Positions 1 to 8,903 of a DNA stretch of 64,000 nt are shown here, in pieces. A program made the position numbers and the translations under genes. The notes beneath the pieces were generated by a model that made no database searches, had not been told where the DNA came from, and saw nothing but the letters and a program-made list of their open reading frames with translations. The stretch's first letter is position 1, and each line of letters starts with the position of its first letter. This stretch comes from Pseudobdellovibrionaceae bacterium (lineage in GTDB: Bacteria > Bdellovibrionota > Bdellovibrionia > Bdellovibrionales > UBA1609). The DNA lies in contig JAUVAX010000006.1 of NCBI GenBank assembly GCA_030591685.1, forward strand, positions 1 to 64,000, given 5' to 3'.

Positions 1-2
1 AG

Positions 3-365
3 ATTTCTTGTCTTAGTCTACACCATGTTAAAGGTAAGAATATGAATATATCTTTAAAAGGTGCTGATGGTAAAGTGCATGCCAGAGAGGTCAACTTTAG
101 AACCAATGAAGATTTCTCTGATATGCTTGCCTTCGAGATCTTTGGATCTCGCGGAAATATGGGATGCACTTTTGGTTCAATTTACGAGGAGATTTCCCCC
201 TCTTTTAGTTACCCAATGTGGAACTCAAATGAAACGGACCCTCATTCAACGATGATGTTTAGAGCTTTGGCTCAGGCGAGTCGCTCTTCTAAACCACTCC
301 CCAAAAGCTGTGGTAAATTTATGAAGGAGAGTAAAATTACAGAATTCAAAAATTGTACCCATTGA
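3..365 (+). CDS. Hypothetical protein, probably the 3' part of a gene starting before the window
   Basis: The frame of ORF 42..365 stays open back to position 3 (ATT TCT TGT CTT AGT CTA CAC CAT GTT AAA GGT AAG AAT ATG); no recognisable motif. Confidence 0.55.
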   Translation: MSCLSLHHVKGKNMNISLKGADGKVHAREVNFRTNEDFSDMLAFEIFGSRGNMGCTFGSIYEEISPSFSYPMWNSNETDPHSTMMFRALAQASRSSKPLPKSCGKFMKESKITEFKNCTH

Positions 366-394
366 AATATAAGCTCAAGTGCCTGGTGCTGGGC

Positions 395-1252
395 TTAATT
401 ACAAGGGTTTTCGGAGGAGGTTTGTTTGAGTACTTCAAGCATCTCACCTGCACACTGGGGGACAAAAGAGTAATACAATCGACCTCCTTTGATTTTATTA
501 AGGTGCCTTTTTAAAGCCCCTCTTTCAAAAGCTGGGCATCCATAGCTACGCCCCATAATAGGGGCGTGTTTGGTGTTGTAGGTGGCCTCATGCATAACAA
601 CTCCTTGCGCCCTTGAGAGTTCATTTACAAAAGGTGAGAGGCCGTCCAGGCGCACCCCGTTGTGCTCACTGACGGCCAGCGGGAACCAATGGTGCCGCCC
701 CTCAGGGCGATTTTCTTTTTTATGAGAGGCGGATATATATAACTCTGCTGTTTTAAAAAAGCCGGCACGAGTGAGGTTTTCTTGGTTGTGCTTAGGGCCC
801 CTGTTGTACTGAAACCTATTTTTATTAATACGCTCAAGGCTAGGTTTTGATATGCGGCAGTTTTTAAAATGACCATTGTGGCTCGTTTCGCCATTAAACC
901 GTTCTACATACATTTGTTTTTCAGTGGTTGCTGCGGGCTTATAGAGAGTTATTTTACCGCTCCCATGGGAGACACGCTCCTTAATAACTTGACCATTAAT
1001 TAAATCAAAAATAAAAAAGCGCTTTTGACTAGAGTTTAAAGAGTAGTCAGCTATTAATAAATAATCGCTTTTAAGTTTGTACTTAAGGCTGTTTTTTTTT
1101 GAAAAGTTAAGAGCTTGATTTAAAGCTTTAGGGTTAATGCCGCTATTTATAAAGCTTTTATAGTGAGCGCATTGCTCATCAGCCAGCGCAAAGTTACCGG
1201 TAAAAACTAAAACACTAAAAATTAAAATATAAAAAGGTTTAAGAGTGTTCAT
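395..1252 (-). CDS. Secreted murein L,D-transpeptidase-like protein (YkuD_2 family)
   Basis: Signal peptide (..NFALA-D); IADYSLNSSQKRFFIFDL, VSHGSG and the catalytic VMH-x14-SYGCPA His/Cys motif. Confidence 0.85.
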   Translation of the reverse strand: MNTLKPFYILIFSVLVFTGNFALADEQCAHYKSFINSGINPKALNQALNFSKKNSLKYKLKSDYLLIADYSLNSSQKRFFIFDLINGQVIKERVSHGSGKITLYKPAATTEKQMYVERFNGETSHNGHFKNCRISKPSLERINKNRFQYNRGPKHNQENLTRAGFFKTAELYISASHKKENRPEGRHHWFPLAVSEHNGVRLDGLSPFVNELSRAQGVVMHEATYNTKHAPIMGRSYGCPAFERGALKRHLNKIKGGRLYYSFVPQCAGEMLEVLKQTSSENPCN

Positions 1253-1349
1253 GTATCGCTATATTACATTGTTAAATGTAGAACTCCAAGAGGTTTTAAG
1301 CCGCCAGTAAGGTCATAATTTTTTTTGAGCAAAATAAACACTAAGGGGG

Positions 1350-2219
1350 TCAGGATTTTTTAAACTGCCCTAATGAGGCAGAGATATGGATCTCGCCAGC
1401 ACTAGTTTTAATGGGTATTATAATAGAGGGCCCAGACTTAAGAGAGTTTAAAAGTGTAGACTCTTTGTGGCAGCTTTCAGGGATGAGGCTTTCAAGCTTA
1501 TAGCCCAGTTGAGTGAGCTCTTTTTTGACCTGCCCGTAAATTATATTAATGAGCTCTAGGTGTAAGTCTTTTATGTCGTCGTTAATTTCTAAAAAAGGCT
1601 CGTTAAATAAATTTTCGGCCATTTTTAAATATGTTACTTTTGGGATACTAACGCCAAAAAAGCCATTAAAACTTTGAGTTTTCACGGGGGCATAGGCTGT
1701 TATATGCGGCGTAAAGGTGAGTTTGTTTTTATAGGCATAGGGCTTTAATGGGGTGAAATCTTTTGCATACCCCATAGTATCAAGGACATTTAAAGAGGAC
1801 TTTATAAAGAGGTTAATTAAGCTGGCATCGAGAGATACTTTTTTTATGCGCTCGTCTTCGGGGTGCAAAAAATTATAAATTTTTTCAGAAATAGCATCTT
1901 GGTCTAAACTTATGTCAATTATATGGATATTTTTATATTTATGAAACGTGATCATAGCCTCTTGGAGGGCCTTTGTTAAAAGTATAATCGGGGTCTTTCT
2001 ATTAAGCTGACTGTATTTTAGTGCGCTGGCAATATTATTGGCACCCATCTCATTAGTTTCATACAGCTTGCAGATCCCTTTAAAGGATTGCGTCTCTGCT
2101 TTTTTAAGCCCATCAAGAGTATTTTTAGCCAGTAATACAGAGTATTTTTTTTGCAATTGATGGCAAACTTGCTGTGACATTTCATATGAGTTTTCTTGTA
2201 TAAATAGTAGTGTGTCCAT
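1350..2219 (-). CDS. Degenerate receiver domain fused to a CheX-like phosphatase domain
   Basis: N-terminal receiver-like fold (TPIILLT); C-terminal CheX features LINLFIKSSLNVL and DLHLELINIIYGQVK (ExxN motif). Confidence 0.75.
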   Translation of the reverse strand: MDTLLFIQENSYEMSQQVCHQLQKKYSVLLAKNTLDGLKKAETQSFKGICKLYETNEMGANNIASALKYSQLNRKTPIILLTKALQEAMITFHKYKNIHIIDISLDQDAISEKIYNFLHPEDERIKKVSLDASLINLFIKSSLNVLDTMGYAKDFTPLKPYAYKNKLTFTPHITAYAPVKTQSFNGFFGVSIPKVTYLKMAENLFNEPFLEINDDIKDLHLELINIIYGQVKKELTQLGYKLESLIPESCHKESTLLNSLKSGPSIIIPIKTSAGEIHISASLGQFKKS

Positions 2220-2665
2220 AAGCTTTATAATATCAGAAATCCAATTTTGGCTTCGTTAAGAGTCAGCTAAGTTATGCGCTCGTTTAAATTACCAAATAAA
2301 ATCAAATAGATAGCTGAGGTCCCTTTTTTAGGAGGATGTACCAGCTTGAGAGCTAGTTGTAAGGCCCTATGTATGTTCGCATTTTTGCTCAAATTTTCAG
2401 CAGCATTTTTAACTTTCATTGAGCCACATCAGCGTCACATAGGTGGCTCTTTTGTGCCCGGCTTACACCCTTAGCCACAAGAAGTGCGGGGAGTATTACG
2501 TAGCTGAGCAGGCAGAGGGCTGGGCCTTAAAGGATATTAAGTGAATATAAACGCGAAAATTTTTTTTGGTAAACAAAGAGGGCTTATGTTAGATAAGCCT
2601 CTAAAGGGTTGTCACTTTTAAGGCTTTACTTGAGGGGGCTCTTTTAAAAAAACACCAGATTAAAG

Positions 2666-3430
2666 GTGTTTGTTTTTTCGGAGATGGGTTCAGTGTTCAC
2701 GGAGTTACTTTCGTTAGATTCAGTTATTTTAATTGTAAGTGCTTTTTTTACCTCGATGATCTCTGCTGTTTTAGGTATGGGCGGGGGAGTGACCCTACTA
2801 ACGGTAATGATGATGTTTTTGCCGGTTCAAATATTAATACCTATACACGGCCTCATTCAATTTTTTAGTAATGGGTTTCGAGTGGCACTTAATTTTAAGC
2901 ACTTAAAGTGGGATTTAATAATCCCTATAGTTTCAGGGGGTGTTTTTGGTGCGCTACTGGGGTCTCAGGTGGTTTTTGCTGTTCCGACAGAAGTTTATCG
3001 CCCTTTGTTGGCTGTTTTTATTTTGTTCGTCACATGGAGACCTAAGCAAAAGAAAACTCAAAAAATTTTTAAATTTAAATTTTATATTGTAGGTTTTTTT
3101 AGTCATTTTATGTCGTTGGTATTTGGGGCCACAGGCCCATTTTTAGCTCCGTTTTTTATAGGGGAGGAGTTGACGCGCCACCAAATTATTGCCACTAAAG
3201 CCGCGGCTCAAGTCACAGGGCATTTGTTTAAGTTGTTCGTTTACTTTTCAATGGGCTTTCAGTTGGGTCAATATATGCCCCTTGTTGTAGTGATGGTTTT
3301 TGCTGTTTTGGTGGGTACATATGTTGGTAAAAGAGCCCTTGATCGGGTGCCAGAGCGGTTATTTTTAATACTATTTAAGGGCCTTATTACATTGCTTTGT
3401 CTAAAAATGATTGTCGGCGTCATGATATAG
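2666..3430 (+). CDS. TauE/SafE (TSUP) family membrane transporter; start may be 2684 or 2693
   Basis: About 8 hydrophobic segments; SAVLGMGGG and FGATGPFLAP repeats typical of TauE. Confidence 0.85.
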   Translation: MFVFSEMGSVFTELLSLDSVILIVSAFFTSMISAVLGMGGGVTLLTVMMMFLPVQILIPIHGLIQFFSNGFRVALNFKHLKWDLIIPIVSGGVFGALLGSQVVFAVPTEVYRPLLAVFILFVTWRPKQKKTQKIFKFKFYIVGFFSHFMSLVFGATGPFLAPFFIGEELTRHQIIATKAAAQVTGHLFKLFVYFSMGFQLGQYMPLVVVMVFAVLVGTYVGKRALDRVPERLFLILFKGLITLLCLKMIVGVMI

Positions 3431-3592
3431 TTTTTAAGGGGCTTTGTCTTGCCGTTATTATGGGCTCCCTTTTTTTACGCTCTTTTGTTGTATTCACTTT
3501 TATTTTGATCGCTGCTCCGTCCCGATACAGCCCCTCACTCGAGACATTTTTACCCGAGCCAAGGGCCTACTACATTTAAATAGGATTTAAGC

Positions 3593-3608
3593 TGGCACGC
3601 TACTTGCG
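3593..3608 (+). promoter_or_regulatory. Sigma54 (RpoN) -24/-12 promoter for the CBS-HPF-CBS genes
   Basis: TGGCACGCTACTTGCG matches TGGCACG-N4-TTGC with exact GG-N10-GC spacing, about 30 nt before GGAG RBS/GTG 3640. Confidence 0.85.
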
Positions 3609-3639
3609 ATACATATGTTTTATAAACCTGGGAGATGTT

Positions 3640-4053
3640 GTGAGCAATGCAAGTGTTGAAGGGTACATGAGCCGAGCGGTTCATAAAGTACCAAAAAATA
3701 TGAAAGTATGGACAGCATGGCGCATGATGAAGGCTGAGGGCTGTCAATTTTTAGCCGTTGAGGAGAATAATAATATTATTGGCACTCTTTGCCATAGAGA
3801 TTTACAGTTGGCGTCAAGCCTGCCGGGTAATGAGCGCACTGAGGTTTTTGATGTGATGGAAATGGATTTTTTGTCCGTACTTAAAGGGGATTCTGTCATA
3901 GATGTTATTGAACTGTTAAAAAAAACAAACAGTTACTGTGCCCATGTTGTTGACAAAACAGAGCTTGTGGGCTTTTTTAGTTACCTAGAGGGGTTGAGTT
4001 ATCTGATGGAGTTAAATCAGCTGAGCCCACATAACGTAGCTCAAGCTTTATAA
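3640..4053 (+). CDS. CBS-domain (Bateman) protein
   Basis: YMSRAVHKV..AWRMMK..LAVEENNNIIGTL..RDL and a second CBS repeat; start moved to GTG 3640 because the track start 3604 lies inside the promoter and GGAG precedes 3640. Confidence 0.75.
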   Translation: MSNASVEGYMSRAVHKVPKNMKVWTAWRMMKAEGCQFLAVEENNNIIGTLCHRDLQLASSLPGNERTEVFDVMEMDFLSVLKGDSVIDVIELLKKTNSYCAHVVDKTELVGFFSYLEGLSYLMELNQLSPHNVAQAL

Positions 4054-4065
4054 GGAGAGGTTAAA

Positions 4066-4362
4066 ATGGAAATTGTAGTTAGTGAAGATTTTGAATTAAC
4101 TCAGGCCATTAAAACAGCCATACATGAAAGAGTGGAACAAATTAAAAAGCACTTAAAAACTGATCGAACAGTAAAGGTTTTTTTATCTAAAACAGGTCAC
4201 TCTCTATTTAAAGTGCAAATGGTTTTAAACGATAAACATAAAGAGTTTAGCTCTCACTCCGAAAACGAAGATTTTTATATGGGTTTAAACGATGCAAAAG
4301 CAAAAATCATTCGTCAGATTAATGATTACAAAGAGAAAAAAATCACAAAGAGACATCAGTAA
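4066..4362 (+). CDS. hpf: Ribosome hibernation factor, short HPF/RaiA type
   Basis: MEIVVSEDFELTQAIKTAIHER..DFYMGLNDAKAKIIRQINDYKEK matches the sigma54 modulation protein/S30AE pattern; 98 aa; strong AGGAG RBS. Confidence 0.8.
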   Translation: MEIVVSEDFELTQAIKTAIHERVEQIKKHLKTDRTVKVFLSKTGHSLFKVQMVLNDKHKEFSSHSENEDFYMGLNDAKAKIIRQINDYKEKKITKRHQ

Positions 4363-4373
4363 AGGATAAAACA

Positions 4374-4850
4374 ATGGGAACTCAAAAGGCACAAGTGTCA
4401 GATAAAAATACTAACCCAGCTCTTTCCACCCCACAGGTTAAAGACATAATGACAACAGAGGTTTTTACCTTGGTTGAGAGTGATACCTTTGAAATGGCCG
4501 ACTCTTTAATGAAGTGGCGCCGAATTCGCCACGTACCAGTTGTTAATGAAGGTGGTGCTTTGGTGGGTCTTATTACGCACCGGGATTTTTTAAAGGTCGC
4601 CATCTCTCGCTTGGCTGAAATAGAGTTAAAGGAGCTTAAAAAAGCCTATCGCAGTATTAAAGCTTCAGACATTATGAACTCAGGAGTTTTAGTTGTTAGC
4701 CCAGAAATGCCTCTCTCAGAGGCGGCCGAGATTTTAAATGAAAACAAGTTTGGCTGCTTGCCAGTAGTTGATGAAGAAAAACTAGTAGGTATAATTACAG
4801 AGGCTGACTTTGTGCGCACGTTTTACGAGTGGCAGGTTAAGTTTCAGTAG
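4374..4850 (+). CDS. CBS-domain pair protein (AcuB/HPP-like CBS)
   Basis: VKDIMTTEV..RIRHVPVV..LVGLITHRD and GCLPVVDEEKLVGIITEADF. Confidence 0.9.
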   Translation: MGTQKAQVSDKNTNPALSTPQVKDIMTTEVFTLVESDTFEMADSLMKWRRIRHVPVVNEGGALVGLITHRDFLKVAISRLAEIELKELKKAYRSIKASDIMNSGVLVVSPEMPLSEAAEILNENKFGCLPVVDEEKLVGIITEADFVRTFYEWQVKFQ

Positions 4851-4910
4851 AGAATTAATTAAAAAATAAAACAAACAAGTAAAAACAAACAAATAAATAC
4901 CGGGGGTACC

Positions 4911-5660
4911 ATGAAAAGAATAATAAAAAAAATAAGCATGATAGTGGCAATGATTTGCTCTGCGACAGTGGCTCAATCCGCTGTACAGGCGGGCGCACCA
5001 TTGATTTTTAATCAAGTTCCAAAGGCTTTATATGTGCCGGTTGGCTTTGATTCTAACGATAATGCTCAAGTTGTATTTGAGGCACAGTTTGAAAACAGCT
5101 GTTACCGTCCAGGAGTTACAGAGTACAGCGTTGATTACTCAACAAACTCAATTTTAATTCAAAATAAGGCTCAAAAGTACGATTCAGATTTTTGTTTAAT
5201 GGTCATCCTGGAGTACAAAAAGGAAGTGAACTTAGGAGTTTTAAATAAAGGCACCTATAATGTACTTTTTGCTGACAGCTCAGGTGGGTTTCAGTCATTG
5301 GGTGCGATTAATGTGAACGAGGCATCGACCACTTCGGCCGATGACTTTTTGTACGCCCCTATTAAGTCGGCTCAGTATATAAAGACAGATCCAAAAAAAA
5401 ATGGATATGTTGAGTTAAAGGGTGTCTTCACTAATAGTTGTATGGTGATGGACAATGTTAAGGTCTCTCGACCCAGCGTAGGTGTTGTTCAAGTGTTACC
5501 TATTGCTAAAATGCTCAATAAGTCTGATTGCAGAGTTCTTAAAGAAAACCCAGTCCCATTTACTCAAAAGGTGAATTTAGCAGATTTTGGTAAAGGACGT
5601 GTTCTTATTCATGTGAGATCATTAAATGGTCAGGCTATAAACCTGATTGAGTACCTATAG
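4911..5660 (+). CDS. Secreted hypothetical protein with an internal duplication
   Basis: Signal peptide; two similar halves each with F-x-NSC and a second Cys. Confidence 0.7.
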   Translation: MKRIIKKISMIVAMICSATVAQSAVQAGAPLIFNQVPKALYVPVGFDSNDNAQVVFEAQFENSCYRPGVTEYSVDYSTNSILIQNKAQKYDSDFCLMVILEYKKEVNLGVLNKGTYNVLFADSSGGFQSLGAINVNEASTTSADDFLYAPIKSAQYIKTDPKKNGYVELKGVFTNSCMVMDNVKVSRPSVGVVQVLPIAKMLNKSDCRVLKENPVPFTQKVNLADFGKGRVLIHVRSLNGQAINLIEYL

Positions 5661-5707
5661 GTTTTAAAAAAGTTTTTTAAGCTCAAATGATGAGTGAACA
5701 TTAGATT

Positions 5708-5744
5708 AAAAAGCCCTCGCCAGCGTCTGACGGGGGCTTTTTTT
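5708..5744 (+). terminator. Intrinsic terminator after the CBS-HPF-CBS-secreted protein unit
   Basis: AAAAAGCCCTCG-C-CAG-cgt-CTG-A-CGGGGGCTTTTTTT hairpin with a T-tract. Confidence 0.85.
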
Positions 5745-5919
5745 ATATTTATGAACAGGCTGTATTTTTTAATTAGAGCCTAAAGACATCAAATGACACG
5801 ATACAGCGCATCGAGTCAGTGATCGTAAATTTGTACCTTTATATATAAGCGCCCTCTGCTCCAGAGAGTCCCCTTCAAGAGTTTATGTTTAATAAGGGGC
5901 GTGCCCTAAGTCTCTGCTT

Positions 5920-5935
5920 TGGTACGAAACATGCA
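5920..5935 (+). promoter_or_regulatory. Sigma54 -24/-12 promoter upstream of the NtrC-type regulator operon
   Basis: TGGTACGAAACATGCA with GG-N10-GC spacing, about 95 nt upstream of ATG 6030. Confidence 0.65.
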
Positions 5936-6029
5936 AAATAAATAATCGAAGGGTTCAGATAAAAATTGTTGATGTTTGAGAATCCTTGTGGGACATTATG
6001 CCTCGATGCAATGAGGCCGGAGGGTAAAA

Positions 6030-7439
6030 ATGGCACAGTTTAAGGGTCGAATTTTAGTTGTTGATGATGATCAAGAAATACGCGAGATGCTTTTTGATTA
6101 TTTAACAAGCATGAATTACGAGGTGATCATGTATGAAGATGCCGTGAGGGCGTACAAAGACCTTTCTCAGGGTTTTGTCGGTCTTTCTTACTCGCCTTCA
6201 AGCATTGACGCTATTATCACAGACTTAAGCATGCCTGGTATGAACGGCATTGAGTTTATCCAGAAAGTTAAAAAAATAGACACCCAAGCCGCCATTATTT
6301 TAATTACAGCCTTTGGCACCATTGAGTCGGCCATAGAGGCCACTAAAGTAGGTGCTTACTCGTATATTGTGAAGCCCTTTAAGTTAAATGAGCTAGAGCT
6401 CACTTTAAGAAGAGCCATTGCACACAGTCGTTTGCAAAAAGAGAACATAGTCTTAAAGCAAGAAGTTAAAAAATCCTGGAAGTTCGGTCGAATCATTGGC
6501 AAAAGTAAAGCCATAAAAAAAGTACTCGATCTTGTCGAGCGAGTGGCAAACGCCACGGCAAATGTTTTGATAACCGGTGAAAGCGGGACCGGTAAAGAGA
6601 TTATTGCTAAAGCCATTCATGAAAACGGTTCACGCCAAGATAAGCCTTTTGTTGCTGTGAACTGTTCGGCCATCCCTGAAAACTTAATGGAATCAGAATT
6701 TTTCGGCCACGTTAAGGGCTCTTTCACAGGGGCTTATGCCGATAAAGCGGGGCTTTTTGAGGAGGCTTCTGGTGGCACCTTATTTTTAGACGAAATAGGG
6801 GACCTTGATTTAGGGCTTCAAGCAAAACTTTTAAGAGTTTTACAAGAGAGAACAATCAAGCCTGTGGGCTCAACAAAAATGAAAAAAATTGATGTTCGAG
6901 TGATTACAGCCACGCATAAGGACCTCAGTGAGGCCATTAAGTCCGGAGAGTTTAGAGAGGATTTATACTACCGTCTTTGTGTGATCCCAGTAAAAGTACC
7001 CTCATTAAAAGAGCGAAGAGAGGACATACCGTTACTGGCCGAGCATTTTTTAACCAAGTATTCGGCTCTTAATAATTCTGGCGTCGTTGGGTTTACCGCA
7101 GAGGCCACTAAAAAATTAATCATGCATGATTGGGCCGGTAATGTTAGAGAACTTGAAAATTTAATTGAGAGACTCTCAGTATTGTCTAGGAATAAGTATA
7201 TTGATGCCAGTGAGATTAGTACTCGTGAAAGCAATAGCTCAGAAGCTTTTTATTCGCAGGCCGTGTCGAACTGGCCAACAATAGATCGCTTAGAAAAAAA
7301 ATATATTGAGGCCGTGCTCGAAAAAGTAGAGGGTAAAAAAGAGCGCGCTGCCAAAATATTAGGGATCAACAGAAGGACTTTGTACCGTAAAGAAAAGGAA
7401 TATCAGCACTATAACCCCGAGAAAGAACTAAATGTTTGA
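6030..7439 (+). CDS. Sigma54-dependent response regulator (NtrC/AtoC family)
   Basis: Receiver (ILVVDDD, DLSMPG), Walker A GESGTGKE, GSFTGA, FLDEIG, FREDLYYRL, C-terminal Fis HTH. Confidence 0.95.
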   Translation: MAQFKGRILVVDDDQEIREMLFDYLTSMNYEVIMYEDAVRAYKDLSQGFVGLSYSPSSIDAIITDLSMPGMNGIEFIQKVKKIDTQAAIILITAFGTIESAIEATKVGAYSYIVKPFKLNELELTLRRAIAHSRLQKENIVLKQEVKKSWKFGRIIGKSKAIKKVLDLVERVANATANVLITGESGTGKEIIAKAIHENGSRQDKPFVAVNCSAIPENLMESEFFGHVKGSFTGAYADKAGLFEEASGGTLFLDEIGDLDLGLQAKLLRVLQERTIKPVGSTKMKKIDVRVITATHKDLSEAIKSGEFREDLYYRLCVIPVKVPSLKERREDIPLLAEHFLTKYSALNNSGVVGFTAEATKKLIMHDWAGNVRELENLIERLSVLSRNKYIDASEISTRESNSSEAFYSQAVSNWPTIDRLEKKYIEAVLEKVEGKKERAAKILGINRRTLYRKEKEYQHYNPEKELNV

Positions 7440-8901
7440 TAAAAACTTTACGCAGTTAAAAAATCAAAAAAATATTCTCGCAGTTTTAAACGCTAGCGGC
7501 GAGATGAAGTTTGTGAGCGAGGGTTTTTGCAGCATCCTAGATAGACCTTGCTCAGAGTTAAAAAATAAGTTTTTTTTAGATTTTATTGAGGATAAGCAGG
7601 ACGTTTACTACCACCTCCAGTTTGTAAAAGATAACAGGGCCGTGGCCACAGAGTATGTGTCTTTTGTTGGGTGTGGCGAGGAATATTTAATTGAACTTTC
7701 CCCAACCATAAATGCTGATAATGGTATTGACGAAATATATATCATTCAAAAAGGAGCCGATGACGGGGTGAGCCTTTATAGTGAGCTTGAAATATCAAAC
7801 AAGCGATTAAAAGATTTAAAATTTGCGATTGATCAGTCGGTCATAGTAGCTATGACCGACTCCCGGGGGGTCATTAATTATGTTAATGACATGTTTTGCA
7901 AAATATCGCAGTACTCTCCAGAAGAGTTAATGGGTCAGGATCATCGCATTATTAACTCAGGGGTTCATGACAAGTCTTTTTTTAAGGAGTTATGGGGGCA
8001 GATACAGTCCGGTAAAGTGTGGCGGGGTGAAGTCTGTAATAAAGCAAAAGATGGCTCGATTTATTGGGTTTTTACAACAATCATACCCTTTATGGATAAC
8101 GATAATAAGCCCTACCAGTTCATCTCTTTACGACATGATATAACAGAGCAAAAATGTGCACAGATAGTTTTAGATAAAGAAAGGGCTCGAAGCCTTTATT
8201 CTGAAAAAATGGCAACGTTGGGGATCATGGCCTCAGGCATTGCACATGAGCTTGGTAACCCACTGGCTGCATTGCAAGGAAGACTTGAAATGCTTAATAC
8301 CGATGCAAAACGGGGGGATGTCTCCCCCGAAGGGGTTCTAAAGGTTACTGAGCGTTTACTAAAGCTCTCTGACCGGATGAATAAAATTATCCGGGGGTTA
8401 AGGGCTTATGCTCGAGATGGATCGTTAGATAAGTTTAATTTAACATCTATGACTAACTTAATAATCGACCTCTTGGAGCTAGTGGAGAGTAATTGTCAAA
8501 AACTTAACATAACTATTAAGACAAAGGGGCTCGACAAGGATATCATGCTGTGGTGTCGTGAGACAGAGATTGGCCAGGTTTTAATAAATTTAATAAATAA
8601 CTCTATTGATGCGATAAAAGATTTAGATGAAAAATGGATCTATATTGAATTGACCGAGTCTACAGATAACATTAAAATAATTGTGCGAGATAGCGGACCG
8701 GGCATACCCGAGGCCATTATTGAAAAGGTCTTTGACCCCTTTTACACGACAAAACCAGTCGGTCAGGGGACGGGGCTTGGGCTGAGTATTTCGACAACTT
8801 TAATCGAGTCCCATGGGGGTCGATTAAAGTTAAAACAAAAAGATAAAAACACTTGTTTTGAGGTTGTTTTACCAAAAAAGCAAGACCACATGGAGAAGTG
8901 A
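7432..8901 (+). CDS. Cytoplasmic PAS-PAS sensor histidine kinase
   Basis: No TM segment; Aer/NifL-like PAS (YVNDMFCKISQYSPEELMGQDH..LW..NKAKDGSIYWV); H-box AHELGNPL; N, G1 and G2 boxes (DSGPGI, GTGLGL). Confidence 0.93.
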   Translation: MFDKNFTQLKNQKNILAVLNASGEMKFVSEGFCSILDRPCSELKNKFFLDFIEDKQDVYYHLQFVKDNRAVATEYVSFVGCGEEYLIELSPTINADNGIDEIYIIQKGADDGVSLYSELEISNKRLKDLKFAIDQSVIVAMTDSRGVINYVNDMFCKISQYSPEELMGQDHRIINSGVHDKSFFKELWGQIQSGKVWRGEVCNKAKDGSIYWVFTTIIPFMDNDNKPYQFISLRHDITEQKCAQIVLDKERARSLYSEKMATLGIMASGIAHELGNPLAALQGRLEMLNTDAKRGDVSPEGVLKVTERLLKLSDRMNKIIRGLRAYARDGSLDKFNLTSMTNLIIDLLELVESNCQKLNITIKTKGLDKDIMLWCRETEIGQVLINLINNSIDAIKDLDEKWIYIELTESTDNIKIIVRDSGPGIPEAIIEKVFDPFYTTKPVGQGTGLGLSISTTLIESHGGRLKLKQKDKNTCFEVVLPKKQDHMEK

Positions 8902-8903
8902 TT

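Noticed and set aside
3397..3747. Short ORFs 3397..3579 (+) and 3550..3747 (-)
   Set aside because: They overlap the TauE end, the sigma54 promoter/enhancer region and the CBS gene; no RBS or motif support
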